Of a stretch of 58,398 bases of DNA, positions 10,369 through 20,349 are shown piece by piece. Position numbers and translations under genes: made by a program. The notes beneath the pieces were generated by a model, which made no database searches, had not been told where the DNA came from, and worked only from the letters and a program-made list of their open reading frames with translations. The stretch is from Candidatus Moraniibacteriota bacterium. GTDB taxonomy: Bacteria > Patescibacteriota > Minisyncoccia > Moranbacterales > GCA-2747515. The stretch lies in NCBI GenBank assembly GCA_040772365.1, contig JAXGYI010000008.1:1-58398 (forward strand), written 5' to 3'. Each line of letters begins with the position of its first letter. Within the stretch, counting starts at the first letter, position 1.

Positions 10369-10656
10369 ATGAAAACAATCGGATCCTACATTACAAAAAA
10401 ACAAAAAACACCACGTACACGCACAATTGACGCGCCAACAATTATGCATCTCTTCTCTCGTGCTGTACGCATGGAATATGGTCGACAGGGCGAGCAGAAC
10501 ATTCTTCCACATTTACTGAAAAATGATGTGCTTTTTGTTAAGATTGAAAACTCACTATGGGCGCAAGAGTTATGGATGCGACGAACATTTTTTGTGGAGC
10601 ACATCAACACTACTGTCGGCACCACAGTAATTACGGATATTAAAATCGCCACGTAG
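10369..10656 (+). CDS. DciA/DUF721-like protein
   Basis: 95 aa with the 'LFVKIENSLWAQEL' pattern; directly after dnaN. Confidence 0.65.
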   Translation: MKTIGSYITKKQKTPRTRTIDAPTIMHLFSRAVRMEYGRQGEQNILPHLLKNDVLFVKIENSLWAQELWMRRTFFVEHINTTVGTTVITDIKIAT

Positions 10657-10669
10657 GTGTGGCGATTTT
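10642..10669. terminator. Bidirectional intrinsic terminator
   Basis: AAAATCGCCAC-gtaggt-GTGGCGATTTT between convergent genes. Confidence 0.75.
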
Positions 10670-10678
10670 GTGCAGAGC

Positions 10679-13507
10679 TTATTCACTAAAGTGTACGGCA
10701 ATACTTTTTGCAGCGCTGGCGGTCTTTCCAGAGGAGTCTACTACAGTAACCTCCATGCGTAGCGCTGTACCATTTGCATCGCTGGGGATCGCATAGGTAT
10801 ATGATGTGTCCGTTGTCTCTGCAACGACAGTGCCATCCACGCTGTAAGTAATCTTTGTGATATCGTAGGGTGTGACAGGTTTTGCCTTAAATGTGATTGT
10901 GTGATCTTTTGCTGTGTCTGGCATGTCAAGAGACACGGTTAGCGTGTATTTCGCAAAATCTTTCTCTTCACATGCTCGTGGTTTTTCCCCGAAGATGTGG
11001 TCCTTACTTTTATCGCTATAGTACTTTTCCACACCCTTCTCCCAATTTCTATACTGTGGATCATCTTTTGGATTACGAGGCTCTTCCCCAAGAGGATCAT
11101 CTCTATCTACATAGTACAAAATAGTGTGTGCATCAATAAAGGAACGCTTTTTACGCTTACTGCTTGGACAGTGGTCATTTGCAACACAGTAGGCATCTTT
11201 ATCAGGAATTTCGCACACATCAATCTTTTCATCACTAGGGGCCTTTCCATCCAAAATAGGCTTTCCTGTCTTATAGTCGTCTTTATCATATTTGGAAAAT
11301 TCCTTTCCAGATGGGTTGGGGTATGCGCGAAGAATAAAGTCACGAAAAATTGGTGCAGCAACATAGGACCCGTCACCACGTGCTGTCATGGAAGAATTAT
11401 CGTTATTGCCAGCCCACACACCAACAGCAATATCTGGTGTGTAGCCCATTGCCCATCCATCACGATTATCGTTTGTTGTACCGGTTTTAATAGCAACAGG
11501 CCGATCATCAAATCGCAGAGCACTATTTTCTCCAAAAACAGGTGCGCGGTACTTATTTGAAGAAAGCGCATGAGATAGCATTGCGATGTATTTTTCCTCA
11601 ATAATGCGTTCATCATCCGTATCTTCCGCAGTATAGAGTTCTGTACCATCTCCAGTTGTAATGCGTAGAAGTGCGCGCTTCTCATGCTTAATACCATTAT
11701 TAGCAAAAACGGCAAAGGCGGCAGTGTGATCGACAAGCTTGACTTCGCCACCACCCAATACCAGTGACAGACCATAGCGCTTTGGTTCATTGAGCGTTGT
11801 AATACCTAATTGCTTGACGAACGTGATAACATCTGTTGCTCCTGCAAGATACAGTGCTTTTACAGCAGGAATATTGAGAGACATGGCAAGCGCTTCTTTC
11901 ATAGAAACAGGGCCGGTAAATGTTCCAGAGTAGTTGCGGGGCATGTACTCTGTTGTTTTGTCTGTGCCAAACTGGGTTTCAACATCATAGAGAATTGTTT
12001 CTGGTGTATAGCCTTTTTTGAATGCATATAAGTAAGCATAGGGCTTGAATGAGGATCCTGGTTGGCGATCACGTATAGCAACATTCACCTGGCCATCTAT
12101 TTCTGTATCAAAATAATTACGTGATCCGACCATCGTGACAATGTCGCCATTTGCAGGATCAACAGCAACGAGTGCAGCATTTTCTGCGTTGTATTTATGT
12201 GTATTTTCCAAAGCACGATCCTGAACGATTTTTTCGGCAATTTGCTGCTTCTCCCAATCCAGTGTTGTAATAACGTGAAGCCCCTTCTTTTCTAAAGCCT
12301 CAGCACCATATTGCTCTTCTAGAATATCGCGCACATACATGACAAAGTGCGGTGCCTTGATATTCTCGGTGTTTTTAGAAATCTTTGCAAAAATATCAAC
12401 TTTTTTTGCATCTTCTGCAGCATGCTGTGAAATATAGCCAAGATTTACCATCTCATTCAAAGCGTGCTCTTGACGTATCTTAAGGCGTTCCGTATGTGAC
12501 CCATATGGTGAGTAGCGTGACGGTGCCTGGGGAAGAGAGGCAAGTAATGCTGCCTCATCCAAAACCAAATCCTTGGCATTTTTATTGAAAAAGGTTTGCG
12601 CTGCAGCTTCAATACCATAAGCATTCGATCCATAAGGAATCTCATTAAGATACATTCCTAAAATTTCATCCTTAGAGAAACGCAGTTCAATCTCTACTGC
12701 CAAAATTAACTCCTTGATCTTACGTGTCAAACTACGCTCATTGGTAAGGAGGGAGTTTTTTACAAATTGTTGTGTAATAGTAGATCCACCGCGCCCACTA
12801 CCAACATGAAAGATATTGGAAATAATGGCATTTGCAACACCCTTCAAATCAAAGCCAATATGCTTGTAGAAGTTATGATCCTCCAATGCAATTGTTGCCT
12901 GCTTGACAACAAGGGGGATGTCTTGCTCTGGAATAATGGTGCGTTTTTCTTCTCCATGGATATCGTATAACAGTACCGTGCCTGTGCGATCATAGATTTT
13001 GGTACTCTCAGCAATCGTGCGTGTATTGACTTTACCAGGCTCTGGCAAGTCTTTTGCAAAATAGGCAAATACGGCGGCAATGCCTATTATACCGATGAGC
13101 GCGGCAATACCAGCAATCTTTGCTGCAACAATACCATACTTCTTCCATCGTGCTTTTTTATTGCGTGATGTGCGTGGATTTCGAGAAGATGTTGTGCGTT
13201 TTCTTGCCATAAGTCGTGAGAATAATGATGATGCTGTTTTATCTGGACGCGCGGGTTTCTGTAAAGGTGTAGTGGGAACTTCTGACGTAGGGGCTTTTTG
13301 AGCACCTCTATTGCTGTGGATACTTGTAGTGTATCCACGTCTGATGGCCGCAGTAAATTCCGCTATACCATCCCCAACACGTCGAAAAACACCGCGTTTT
13401 TCTGAGGGGATCGTGTGAAAAACTCGCCTGTGCGCCTGTTCGGCACGTTTTTTACGTAGATATTCCATGCTATCCATATATACGTATTGTACATGGTTTT
13501 GATACAA
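10679..13507 (-). CDS. Class A penicillin-binding protein (transglycosylase + transpeptidase, C-terminal Ig-like domain)
   Basis: 'ALEDHNFY.H.G.D', 'GGSTITQQ', 'RKIKE', 'QPGSSFKP', 'SLNIPA', 'KTGTT'; exact start uncertain. Confidence 0.93.
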   Translation of the reverse strand: MYQNHVQYVYMDSMEYLRKKRAEQAHRRVFHTIPSEKRGVFRRVGDGIAEFTAAIRRGYTTSIHSNRGAQKAPTSEVPTTPLQKPARPDKTASSLFSRLMARKRTTSSRNPRTSRNKKARWKKYGIVAAKIAGIAALIGIIGIAAVFAYFAKDLPEPGKVNTRTIAESTKIYDRTGTVLLYDIHGEEKRTIIPEQDIPLVVKQATIALEDHNFYKHIGFDLKGVANAIISNIFHVGSGRGGSTITQQFVKNSLLTNERSLTRKIKELILAVEIELRFSKDEILGMYLNEIPYGSNAYGIEAAAQTFFNKNAKDLVLDEAALLASLPQAPSRYSPYGSHTERLKIRQEHALNEMVNLGYISQHAAEDAKKVDIFAKISKNTENIKAPHFVMYVRDILEEQYGAEALEKKGLHVITTLDWEKQQIAEKIVQDRALENTHKYNAENAALVAVDPANGDIVTMVGSRNYFDTEIDGQVNVAIRDRQPGSSFKPYAYLYAFKKGYTPETILYDVETQFGTDKTTEYMPRNYSGTFTGPVSMKEALAMSLNIPAVKALYLAGATDVITFVKQLGITTLNEPKRYGLSLVLGGGEVKLVDHTAAFAVFANNGIKHEKRALLRITTGDGTELYTAEDTDDERIIEEKYIAMLSHALSSNKYRAPVFGENSALRFDDRPVAIKTGTTNDNRDGWAMGYTPDIAVGVWAGNNDNSSMTARGDGSYVAAPIFRDFILRAYPNPSGKEFSKYDKDDYKTGKPILDGKAPSDEKIDVCEIPDKDAYCVANDHCPSSKRKKRSFIDAHTILYYVDRDDPLGEEPRNPKDDPQYRNWEKGVEKYYSDKSKDHIFGEKPRACEEKDFAKYTLTVSLDMPDTAKDHTITFKAKPVTPYDITKITYSVDGTVVAETTDTSYTYAIPSDANGTALRMEVTVVDSSGKTASAAKSIAVHFSE

Positions 13508-13554
13508 ATACCACCATCATTGGATAGCAAGCAGTAGTTGCACACCTCTTAAAG

Positions 13555-14810
13555 TTATACCCTACGTGCTGTAAAGTGTTTTTTAATCGAAGCAATTGTC
13601 TGACGGTGATCATCTCCGCAAATCACAACAACCACATCCCCGCTGCGCGCTCGATGCGCGGCGGCACAAATAGCATCGTCTTCCACGATGATGTTTTCAA
13701 CAGAATTTTTTGTAGATTTTTTGATTGCGCGATAAAGTAATTGGGATACCTCTCCAGTACGGCGCTGTATGCCAGCTAATCCTGAAAACTTTTTTCTGAC
13801 TATACCGTCAATTTTATCAAAGATGATAAAGTGATCAAAATAGGGCGCAATAAATTCACCGGTAGATTGAATGACGGCATCAGTGCGATCAGGTGCCAGT
13901 CGAATACACCAATTGCCTTGTTCTGCTGTGCTAGGGATTTTGCTAAGAGACCAATGTGTTTAAGAGATTGTTTCTCATGTGCATAATCTGCAATAATGGT
14001 GACGTTTCTACTGTTGCGAAAAATAACCAACCTGCCCCCATGGAGATCTAATTGATATGCGTAAAATGCTTTCGCAAACTTACAGGGAATTTTTTCAAAT
14101 AGAGAAAAAATCACCGCTGTAATCGCGAGAACATTATAAATAGATGGCAGGTACTTTCCATTAAATGTCCAGTAAATTTTACGAAGGTCTAGAATTTTTT
14201 TATAATCGGTATGCTGTATTAGATACACGAAATCGCCCTTGGTTGTAAGAACTGTTCTCCCCTCAGCGGCGTATCTCTTGATTTTTTCAGGAGGCATCTC
14301 AACGCCGTAAAGCACGGTTTGTTTTTTTGGTACGTTACCATAGCGATCAAGGGCTTCCATGGCAAGATCGTCATCGGCATTGCATATACAAGTTCCATCC
14401 TTTGTGATATTTTCAAAAACAAAGCGTTTTGCATAAGCAATATCTTTTTGACTACGAATGCGATGACCAGCAATATGCTCCTCGTAGACGTTCAGGAAAA
14501 TACCAATGTTATGAAAATTACACCCAATGCCGGGTGACGCACTGCTCCCAATCGATGTTTCCAAAATTGCAATATAGTCTTCCCGATCTTTTTTATTGAC
14601 AAGTGCCGTAAGGTATTTTCCAGGACAAACTGTCGGCACAATATTGAATGTGTCTAAGGATTCTTTGAGAGTGCTTTTTTGCTTACCGTTCACGAAATGT
14701 CCGTCGGTGTCTACGCGCAGTGTTTTTTGGCGCAAGAATCGACAGATGTGATCAACGGCGCGCGTCACAGTTGTTTTGCCCTTTGATCCCGTAATAATAA
14801 CGATCTTCAT
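13555..14810 (-). pseudogene. Stand-alone Mur-ligase-like protein resembling the cyanophycin synthetase M domain; frameshifted near 13905
   Basis: 'ITGSKGKTT', 'AILET', 'LNV.EEH', 'NADD', 'GGRL', 'ADYAHE'. Another frame continues 'IRLAPDRTD...FDHFIIFDK...GEVSQLL...GDVVVVICGD' to TAA at 13555. Confidence 0.75.
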
Positions 14811-14813
14811 AAG

Positions 14814-15758
14814 CTAGTTTTCAGATAGTCTTTTTAGAGATGCTATAATGCTGTGTAAAAAATGCACCCTACTGTGCATGACTTCGCTTGGAAAGCCAAT
14901 TTGATCATTAAGCTCAAATACGTATGCCTTTTTATCCATGATGCCAAAGTCTATAGAATACAGAGGTTTATTGTATTTACTATCTACTATGCTTTGTATT
15001 TTGTGCACAGATTCCATAATATAGTGCGGAATCGCGTTTAGTGAAACCTCATGCAGCGAACCCCCTTGTGCGACATTTGCTAATAAAGACCCCTCTCGAG
15101 GCGTGCGCACATGGGCGAGGATAGCATCTCCTTCAACAATAACAATGCGTAGGTCATGGGGACCATTGATGATACCATCAATTCCTCCCGATGTGTCAAT
15201 AAATTCCTGCAGTACATAAGAACGTGTTATCGAAATACCGTGTAGCTTTTCTGGGTAATCAATAAAGATTCCTTTACCCCCAAAGTCATTTTCTGGTTTT
15301 AATACGGCCAATGCATTTGGAGGAAATGTGCTCAATGCTTCTCTCATTTCGTCAGAAGTGCGCACCTGTAAACTTTTTGGCATAAAAGCACTAAGGATAG
15401 CATATGAAGCATTTTTATCAGCACAGAGTTTTTTAAAAGAAGCACCGTTTAGAACTTTATGACTTATATCTTCAGGCGGAAATTCTAGTCCGCCACTTCT
15501 GTCGTATACGGCATCTGCTGCTATGGAGCCAGAATGTTTAGTAAAGCTCCCATTTTCAAATTTTAAAAGATTTTCAAAAATAAGATTGCCTTTATAGGCA
15601 CATCTTCCACTGGAAATATACATCTCCATGCCACTCTTAAGTCCATATTGAAATAATTCATAATAGACTTTGCGCTTAATACCAAAATCATGAAATGGAT
15701 CGGTGGGATTCTTTTCTTTGCCAAAATAAATAACTATGCTCGGCTTTTTTGTTCGCAT
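14814..15758 (-). CDS. ATP-grasp ligase (RimK/YheCD-like)
   Basis: 'VLKP...GGKGI', 'LQEFID', 'DLRIV', 'ANVAQGG', 'SIDF', 'FELND'. Confidence 0.85.
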   Translation of the reverse strand: MRTKKPSIVIYFGKEKNPTDPFHDFGIKRKVYYELFQYGLKSGMEMYISSGRCAYKGNLIFENLLKFENGSFTKHSGSIAADAVYDRSGGLEFPPEDISHKVLNGASFKKLCADKNASYAILSAFMPKSLQVRTSDEMREALSTFPPNALAVLKPENDFGGKGIFIDYPEKLHGISITRSYVLQEFIDTSGGIDGIINGPHDLRIVIVEGDAILAHVRTPREGSLLANVAQGGSLHEVSLNAIPHYIMESVHKIQSIVDSKYNKPLYSIDFGIMDKKAYVFELNDQIGFPSEVMHSRVHFLHSIIASLKRLSEN

Positions 15759-16642
15759 AGAGTCAAGTAACTAGTTAATGCGGTAAGTTCTGGCGAATTT
15801 TTTTCATCCAATGTAAACTGTGGTGCGGAATTCACCTCCAAAACATATGGCTGATCATCTTTGGCGTCAATGAGGATATCTACACCGGCGATATCAATAA
15901 CTAGGGCAGTCGCAGCATTTTCTGCCAGTCGGAGAATTTTTTGTGGAACTTCGGCAAGTGGTAGAAATGTTTCTGTTGCACCAAGAGAAACATTGTTGCG
16001 AAACTCCCCCTTTTGACGTTTTTTTGTTTCGGCAACTGCTGCAGATCCTCCCAAAACAAGAATCCGATATTCGATGGTATTTTGGATAAACTCTTGCAAG
16101 ATGATATTTTTTTGAGAATCTCTTGGAATTTTTTGGAAAAAACTATGTAGGTCGTCACGGACTTTTATCAGAGAAACACCCTTGCCTTGAGAAGTATTCA
16201 GTTGTTTTGCGATAAGCGGAAAACCGAGCTCTTCTGACGCTCTGTAAAGATGTGTATCGCTCCACATGCCCGCGATTACGGTTTTGGGAAAGGGGATGTT
16301 ATTTTGTGCGAAAATAGAGTACTGGACCATTTTTGTAGGAAAGGGGACATATGAACGAAATTGGTCAAGGATCCCAATATTGTTTTTTTGTGCATATTGA
16401 CTGATAACATATGCAAAATCTCTCCAGGCAGCCACTCTGCGAAAGTATAGTGTAGAAAGATTTTTAGGTACTTTTCCACGTACATAAAGACGACAAATGC
16501 CTTTCTGTAAGACAATGCAGGTGTCTTCAAGAAATGCAATTGTATGCTCAGTATTTTGTTCGGATAGTTTTTGAGAAAGGAGTGTGAGTGTTTTCTGTGC
16601 AGAGGATTCGGGTTTTGGTTCTGCGGATAGTATGAGTAGCAT
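15734..16642 (-). CDS. RimK/LysX-family alpha-L-glutamate ligase-like ATP-grasp
   Basis: 'IPFPKT', 'GFPLIAK...SQGKGV', 'LQEFI', 'FRNNVSLG', 'AGVDIL', 'LEVNSAP'. Confidence 0.88.
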   Translation of the reverse strand: MLLILSAEPKPESSAQKTLTLLSQKLSEQNTEHTIAFLEDTCIVLQKGICRLYVRGKVPKNLSTLYFRRVAAWRDFAYVISQYAQKNNIGILDQFRSYVPFPTKMVQYSIFAQNNIPFPKTVIAGMWSDTHLYRASEELGFPLIAKQLNTSQGKGVSLIKVRDDLHSFFQKIPRDSQKNIILQEFIQNTIEYRILVLGGSAAVAETKKRQKGEFRNNVSLGATETFLPLAEVPQKILRLAENAATALVIDIAGVDILIDAKDDQPYVLEVNSAPQFTLDEKNSPELTALTSYLTLCEQKSRA

Positions 16643-16749
16643 ATAAGGATGGTCACAATCTAATTATGGCAAATGAAAGCCGATTGACGTGTGTACTATT
16701 AATGGGCAGCTGCAAGGATGCGGTGGTAGTAGAGATTATGACACCATGC

Positions 16750-17694
16750 TTATTTTTGTGCCTTGTCAAATAATGCGATGAGGCGAGAAAACATCTTCTC
16801 TTGTGCATCCTTCTGCTCATCACTGAAAAATAGCCCCGGCTTGTCATTGAGCTCAATCACCCAAGGTGCTCCGTATTCATCAAACATCACATCAATAGCG
16901 TATACTTTGTAGCGAAAAATATCAAAGATGTCCTGGATGTCGTGCACAATGGGCAATAGCGACGACGGAACATCACTGTTGCTCATCGGTATAATTGTAC
17001 CGCCCTGAGAAATGTTTGCAAGGTCAGATCCCTGTGCTGGCACACGTGCATAGGTGTAGATGAGTTCATTTTCAATAAAAACGAGACGTAGATCGTGCGG
17101 TCCCGTGATGCATCCGGGAATACCCTTTCTGCTATCAATAAATTCCTGTACGAGTATGGGATAGGTTAACTGGTGCTTTACAACAGCATCAGCTGTGAGT
17201 ACTTCTACATATTTTCCACCACTACCATGTGATTTTTTAAGCACGATTTTCTTTGTAGGAATTTTTTGCGTAATGGCTAAGAGTTCTTTTTCATTATATA
17301 CTTTGTAGTGTTTTTTTGAGTGATGCGCAAGAATGAGAGAGGTGTAAAGCTTGTTACTGAGTAGTGTGGAAAACTCTAAATCATTAATAATGGGTGTAAA
17401 GGTTTTGAGTTGCTCTAGAACAATACGTGTATGTGGATGCCACACCGCTTTGTTGAAAATAACATCTGGTCGAATATTATGAGACAATATCCACTGTCCA
17501 TTGGTAAAAGACCATGCGGTGGAAAACATTTTTTGCTCATGATCATACCATTGATACGATGCGCGATACAGAGCGAGGCCGCTTTGTGCTGCAGTGGTGG
17601 AGAGGTGTTCGTAAGGAGTGCGATAAATACTGTCTGAGGAGAAGGGCTGATCAGGTACTGTGGGTTTCCCTGTAAGTATGATAATATTTTTCAT
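16750..17694 (-). CDS. ATP-grasp ligase (paralog of 14814-15758)
   Basis: 'VLKK..GSGGK', 'VQEFIDS..GI.G.ITGPHDLR', 'ANISQGG', 'IELND.PG'. Confidence 0.85.
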   Translation of the reverse strand: MKNIIILTGKPTVPDQPFSSDSIYRTPYEHLSTTAAQSGLALYRASYQWYDHEQKMFSTAWSFTNGQWILSHNIRPDVIFNKAVWHPHTRIVLEQLKTFTPIINDLEFSTLLSNKLYTSLILAHHSKKHYKVYNEKELLAITQKIPTKKIVLKKSHGSGGKYVEVLTADAVVKHQLTYPILVQEFIDSRKGIPGCITGPHDLRLVFIENELIYTYARVPAQGSDLANISQGGTIIPMSNSDVPSSLLPIVHDIQDIFDIFRYKVYAIDVMFDEYGAPWVIELNDKPGLFFSDEQKDAQEKMFSRLIALFDKAQK

Positions 17695-17704
17695 AATGCA
17701 CATT

Positions 17705-19114
17705 TTATTGACTTACATCAACCAAAAAACTCCCGAGATTGCGCCTGCCGATGATCATATGATACTTTAACTCACTACGATCTGTAATGTTTATTTTTGC
17801 AGAAATTGATAATCTATCCATGGTAAATTGTGCAGACACAACGGGACGCACGGAGGATCCGCTTGCAGAAAACACAACGGCTACATCTGTGAGGTAGGGG
17901 ATATCCTTGCCATACTCACGCATGAACTTTGTCTTCACCTCTTTTTCTTTTTCGGGGGTTGATATAAAAGAGGTTGTATCAATTTTGGCAAAAGCATCTA
18001 GTGTTGGTCCAAAACCGAGTTCGCGCGCAAGATTAGTGTCAATGGATGTAGAGTAAGCACCAGTATCAATTTTGGCATCCACGATTTTTTTTACGCCATT
18101 TTTGCCGATAATTTCTACTTTCTCCACGAAGCCAATCACGCGTTTACCAGAAATACCTTCCAATTCTTCTTCAATTTCACCACCAAAAAGGTTTTTACCA
18201 ACAGTGACACCACGCTCAATGGATTTGATCTTCAAACCATCTACGCGCTCCAGGCGTCGTTTGAGCCCAGCAAGATTGGCGACCTGGATGGAAAGTCCTG
18301 GGCGGGCATTGAGTTCCAATATCATCGGACCACCATCGCGGTCAATGGCGATGTCAGCGCCAAGGTAGCCAAGCTTTGAAGCAAACTGTGCTTTGACGGC
18401 GAGGCGGAGAATATCATTCCAATAGGGAATCTTGATACCGGAAAGCAGAAGGCGCGTGCCGGGAAGGTAGTCAATGATGCGCGATTTACCTTGCACGGCA
18501 GTTGTCGTAATACCACGCGCCATATCAATACCAACGCCAATACCACCCTGCTGGAGATTTGCTTTACCATCAGACTCTTTAGTTGGGAGGCGTAGCATTG
18601 CCATCACAGGGACTCTGTTGTAGACGATAACACGGATATCAGGAATGCCCTTATAGGCATAGGGACGAAACTCCGGTGAGAGTTTAAGACGTTGTTCAAA
18701 AAATGCAACATCTGGTGTATTAGATAAAGAGTACTCACCATCCAAAATACGTCGTACGTGCGTGCTAATATCAGTGGCAGTGATCACTTTGCCGTTGGAT
18801 TTAATCCATGCATCCATATGCCCCTTCTTGCGTCCATAGACAACGATAATTCCTTCACCGCCAAGACCATTATTAGGTTTAACAACAAAACTTGCTGGCA
18901 GTGTAGTCCAGTCAAAAGTTTCAAGATCATGCACGGATGTAATTTTTGTGATGAGTTTTGGCACAGCAACTCCAGCACGACGTAACATGCGCTTGGATGC
19001 AAGTTTATCATCGGCGAGTCGTTTTGCTTTTTTGAGGTTGTGGGGGCGGATGTAAGTGAGGTTACGGGCGTTCATGCCCAGAACTTTTTTACTTGCCCGT
19101 AGTGTTGCAAGCAT
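17705..19114 (-). CDS. Alpha-L-glutamate-ligase-related ATP-grasp fused to a C-terminal retropepsin-like (RimB-type) peptidase
   Basis: N-terminal 'GMNARN..YI', 'VVKP..GLGGEGI', 'PDIRVI', 'ANLQQGG', 'LELNARPGL'; C-terminal 'AKIDTGA' and 'IIGRR'. Confidence 0.85.
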   Translation of the reverse strand: MLATLRASKKVLGMNARNLTYIRPHNLKKAKRLADDKLASKRMLRRAGVAVPKLITKITSVHDLETFDWTTLPASFVVKPNNGLGGEGIIVVYGRKKGHMDAWIKSNGKVITATDISTHVRRILDGEYSLSNTPDVAFFEQRLKLSPEFRPYAYKGIPDIRVIVYNRVPVMAMLRLPTKESDGKANLQQGGIGVGIDMARGITTTAVQGKSRIIDYLPGTRLLLSGIKIPYWNDILRLAVKAQFASKLGYLGADIAIDRDGGPMILELNARPGLSIQVANLAGLKRRLERVDGLKIKSIERGVTVGKNLFGGEIEEELEGISGKRVIGFVEKVEIIGKNGVKKIVDAKIDTGAYSTSIDTNLARELGFGPTLDAFAKIDTTSFISTPEKEKEVKTKFMREYGKDIPYLTDVAVVFSASGSSVRPVVSAQFTMDRLSISAKINITDRSELKYHMIIGRRNLGSFLVDVSQ

Positions 19115-19119
19115 GGTGC

Positions 19120-19815
19120 TTATGAGATATTTTTAAACACATCGCGAAAACGCCACAGTTCCGTAAGGCGTAGTCCTGTCCATTTTCCCAAAAAGAGGTT
19201 GAGAGGGATGATGAGAAGGATAATGAGAGGGTGCATGAGGATGAATCCGATTACGGTGTTGCCGATTGGTGTCGTCGGTGACATGATGGTGTAACCAATG
19301 AGCGCAATAATCAGTGTTTCAATTGCTAGTGTTATAGCTACGCGAGATCCTTTTTCTACCTGCACGGTTACAAATTTCTCTACAAGAGTAATAATGATGA
19401 GGATGGGAAAAATTGGTGATGAGGCAAAGCCGGTGCGTGCCATCATACCACTAAGAGCGAGTAGTACGAGAATTGAGAGCGATACAACTGTGAGGTTAAT
19501 TGCTGTGCGTGGAAGATAGAGGAGGCGTAATGGCTTGAGGACAAAGCGCATGAGCATACCAACACATAGTACAACGATATAGATCATGATTGCGTACTTG
19601 ATATCTGTCCATCGCTCGCGTCCAATAAAAACAAAAGCAAACGTGATCATGGATGGTGTGTAAATACCAAATGCTTTAATACCGATGATCTGACGTAGTA
19701 TGACAACAAATGTGGCAATGACAGGAAAGAGAAGGAGTAGAATAATAGTGTCAGGAGAAACATTTTGCTGGAGCAGGAAGGTGATGATGGGGCTGTTGAT
19801 AATATCGGGATTCAT
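19120..19815 (-). CDS. 7TM protein of the family usually fused to an inactive transglutaminase
   Basis: 'RQIIGIKAFGIYTP', 'LLYLPR', 'FPILI', 'GKWTGLRLTELWRF'; typical partner of the adjacent ATP-grasp. Confidence 0.8.
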   Translation of the reverse strand: MNPDIINSPIITFLLQQNVSPDTIILLLLFPVIATFVVILRQIIGIKAFGIYTPSMITFAFVFIGRERWTDIKYAIMIYIVVLCVGMLMRFVLKPLRLLYLPRTAINLTVVSLSILVLLALSGMMARTGFASSPIFPILIIITLVEKFVTVQVEKGSRVAITLAIETLIIALIGYTIMSPTTPIGNTVIGFILMHPLIILLIIPLNLFLGKWTGLRLTELWRFRDVFKNIS

Positions 19816-20321
19816 AGTGAGGAGGATTTAATAATAGAACGAAGGCGTCGTGATTGTAGGTGACACAGAGCAACTGCTAATGCATCAGCTGTATCATCCA
19901 AATGGGGTGTATGATGTAATTGTAGCATATGTGTGACTGCTGTCTGTATTTGTTTCTTTGTTGCACGTCCATATCCGGTAAGCGCCTGCTTAATCTGCAG
20001 AGGTGTATATTCTGCAACTGCAAGGTTGTTGACAGCGCATGCATGCAACAATACACCGCGTGCCTGTGCAACGCCAATCACTGTTTTTGCATTTTTGAAA
20101 TAGAATAGCTCCTCGATAGCAGCTTCTTTTGGTGTGTATGTTGTGATGACATCTGTAAGGTCTGTATGAATTTCAGTTAATCGGGTGGCAGGTGGTGTTT
20201 GTCTTGCGGTTGCAATGTGCCCACAGGCCACAGAGCATGTTGTGTGCGTGTGTTCGTCATATGCTACAACAGCCCACCCAACAATTGCCGTGCCGGGATC
20301 AATGCCTAGGATACGTATCAT
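19812..20321 (-). CDS. ruvC: Holliday junction resolvase RuvC
   Basis: 'ILGIDPG', 'AIEELF', 'QARGV', 'GYGRATK.Q', 'DDTADALA'. Confidence 0.95.
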   Translation of the reverse strand: MIRILGIDPGTAIVGWAVVAYDEHTHTTCSVACGHIATARQTPPATRLTEIHTDLTDVITTYTPKEAAIEELFYFKNAKTVIGVAQARGVLLHACAVNNLAVAEYTPLQIKQALTGYGRATKKQIQTAVTHMLQLHHTPHLDDTADALAVALCHLQSRRLRSIIKSSSL

Positions 20322-20349
20322 AAAATATCTTCACGAATTTAACATTATA

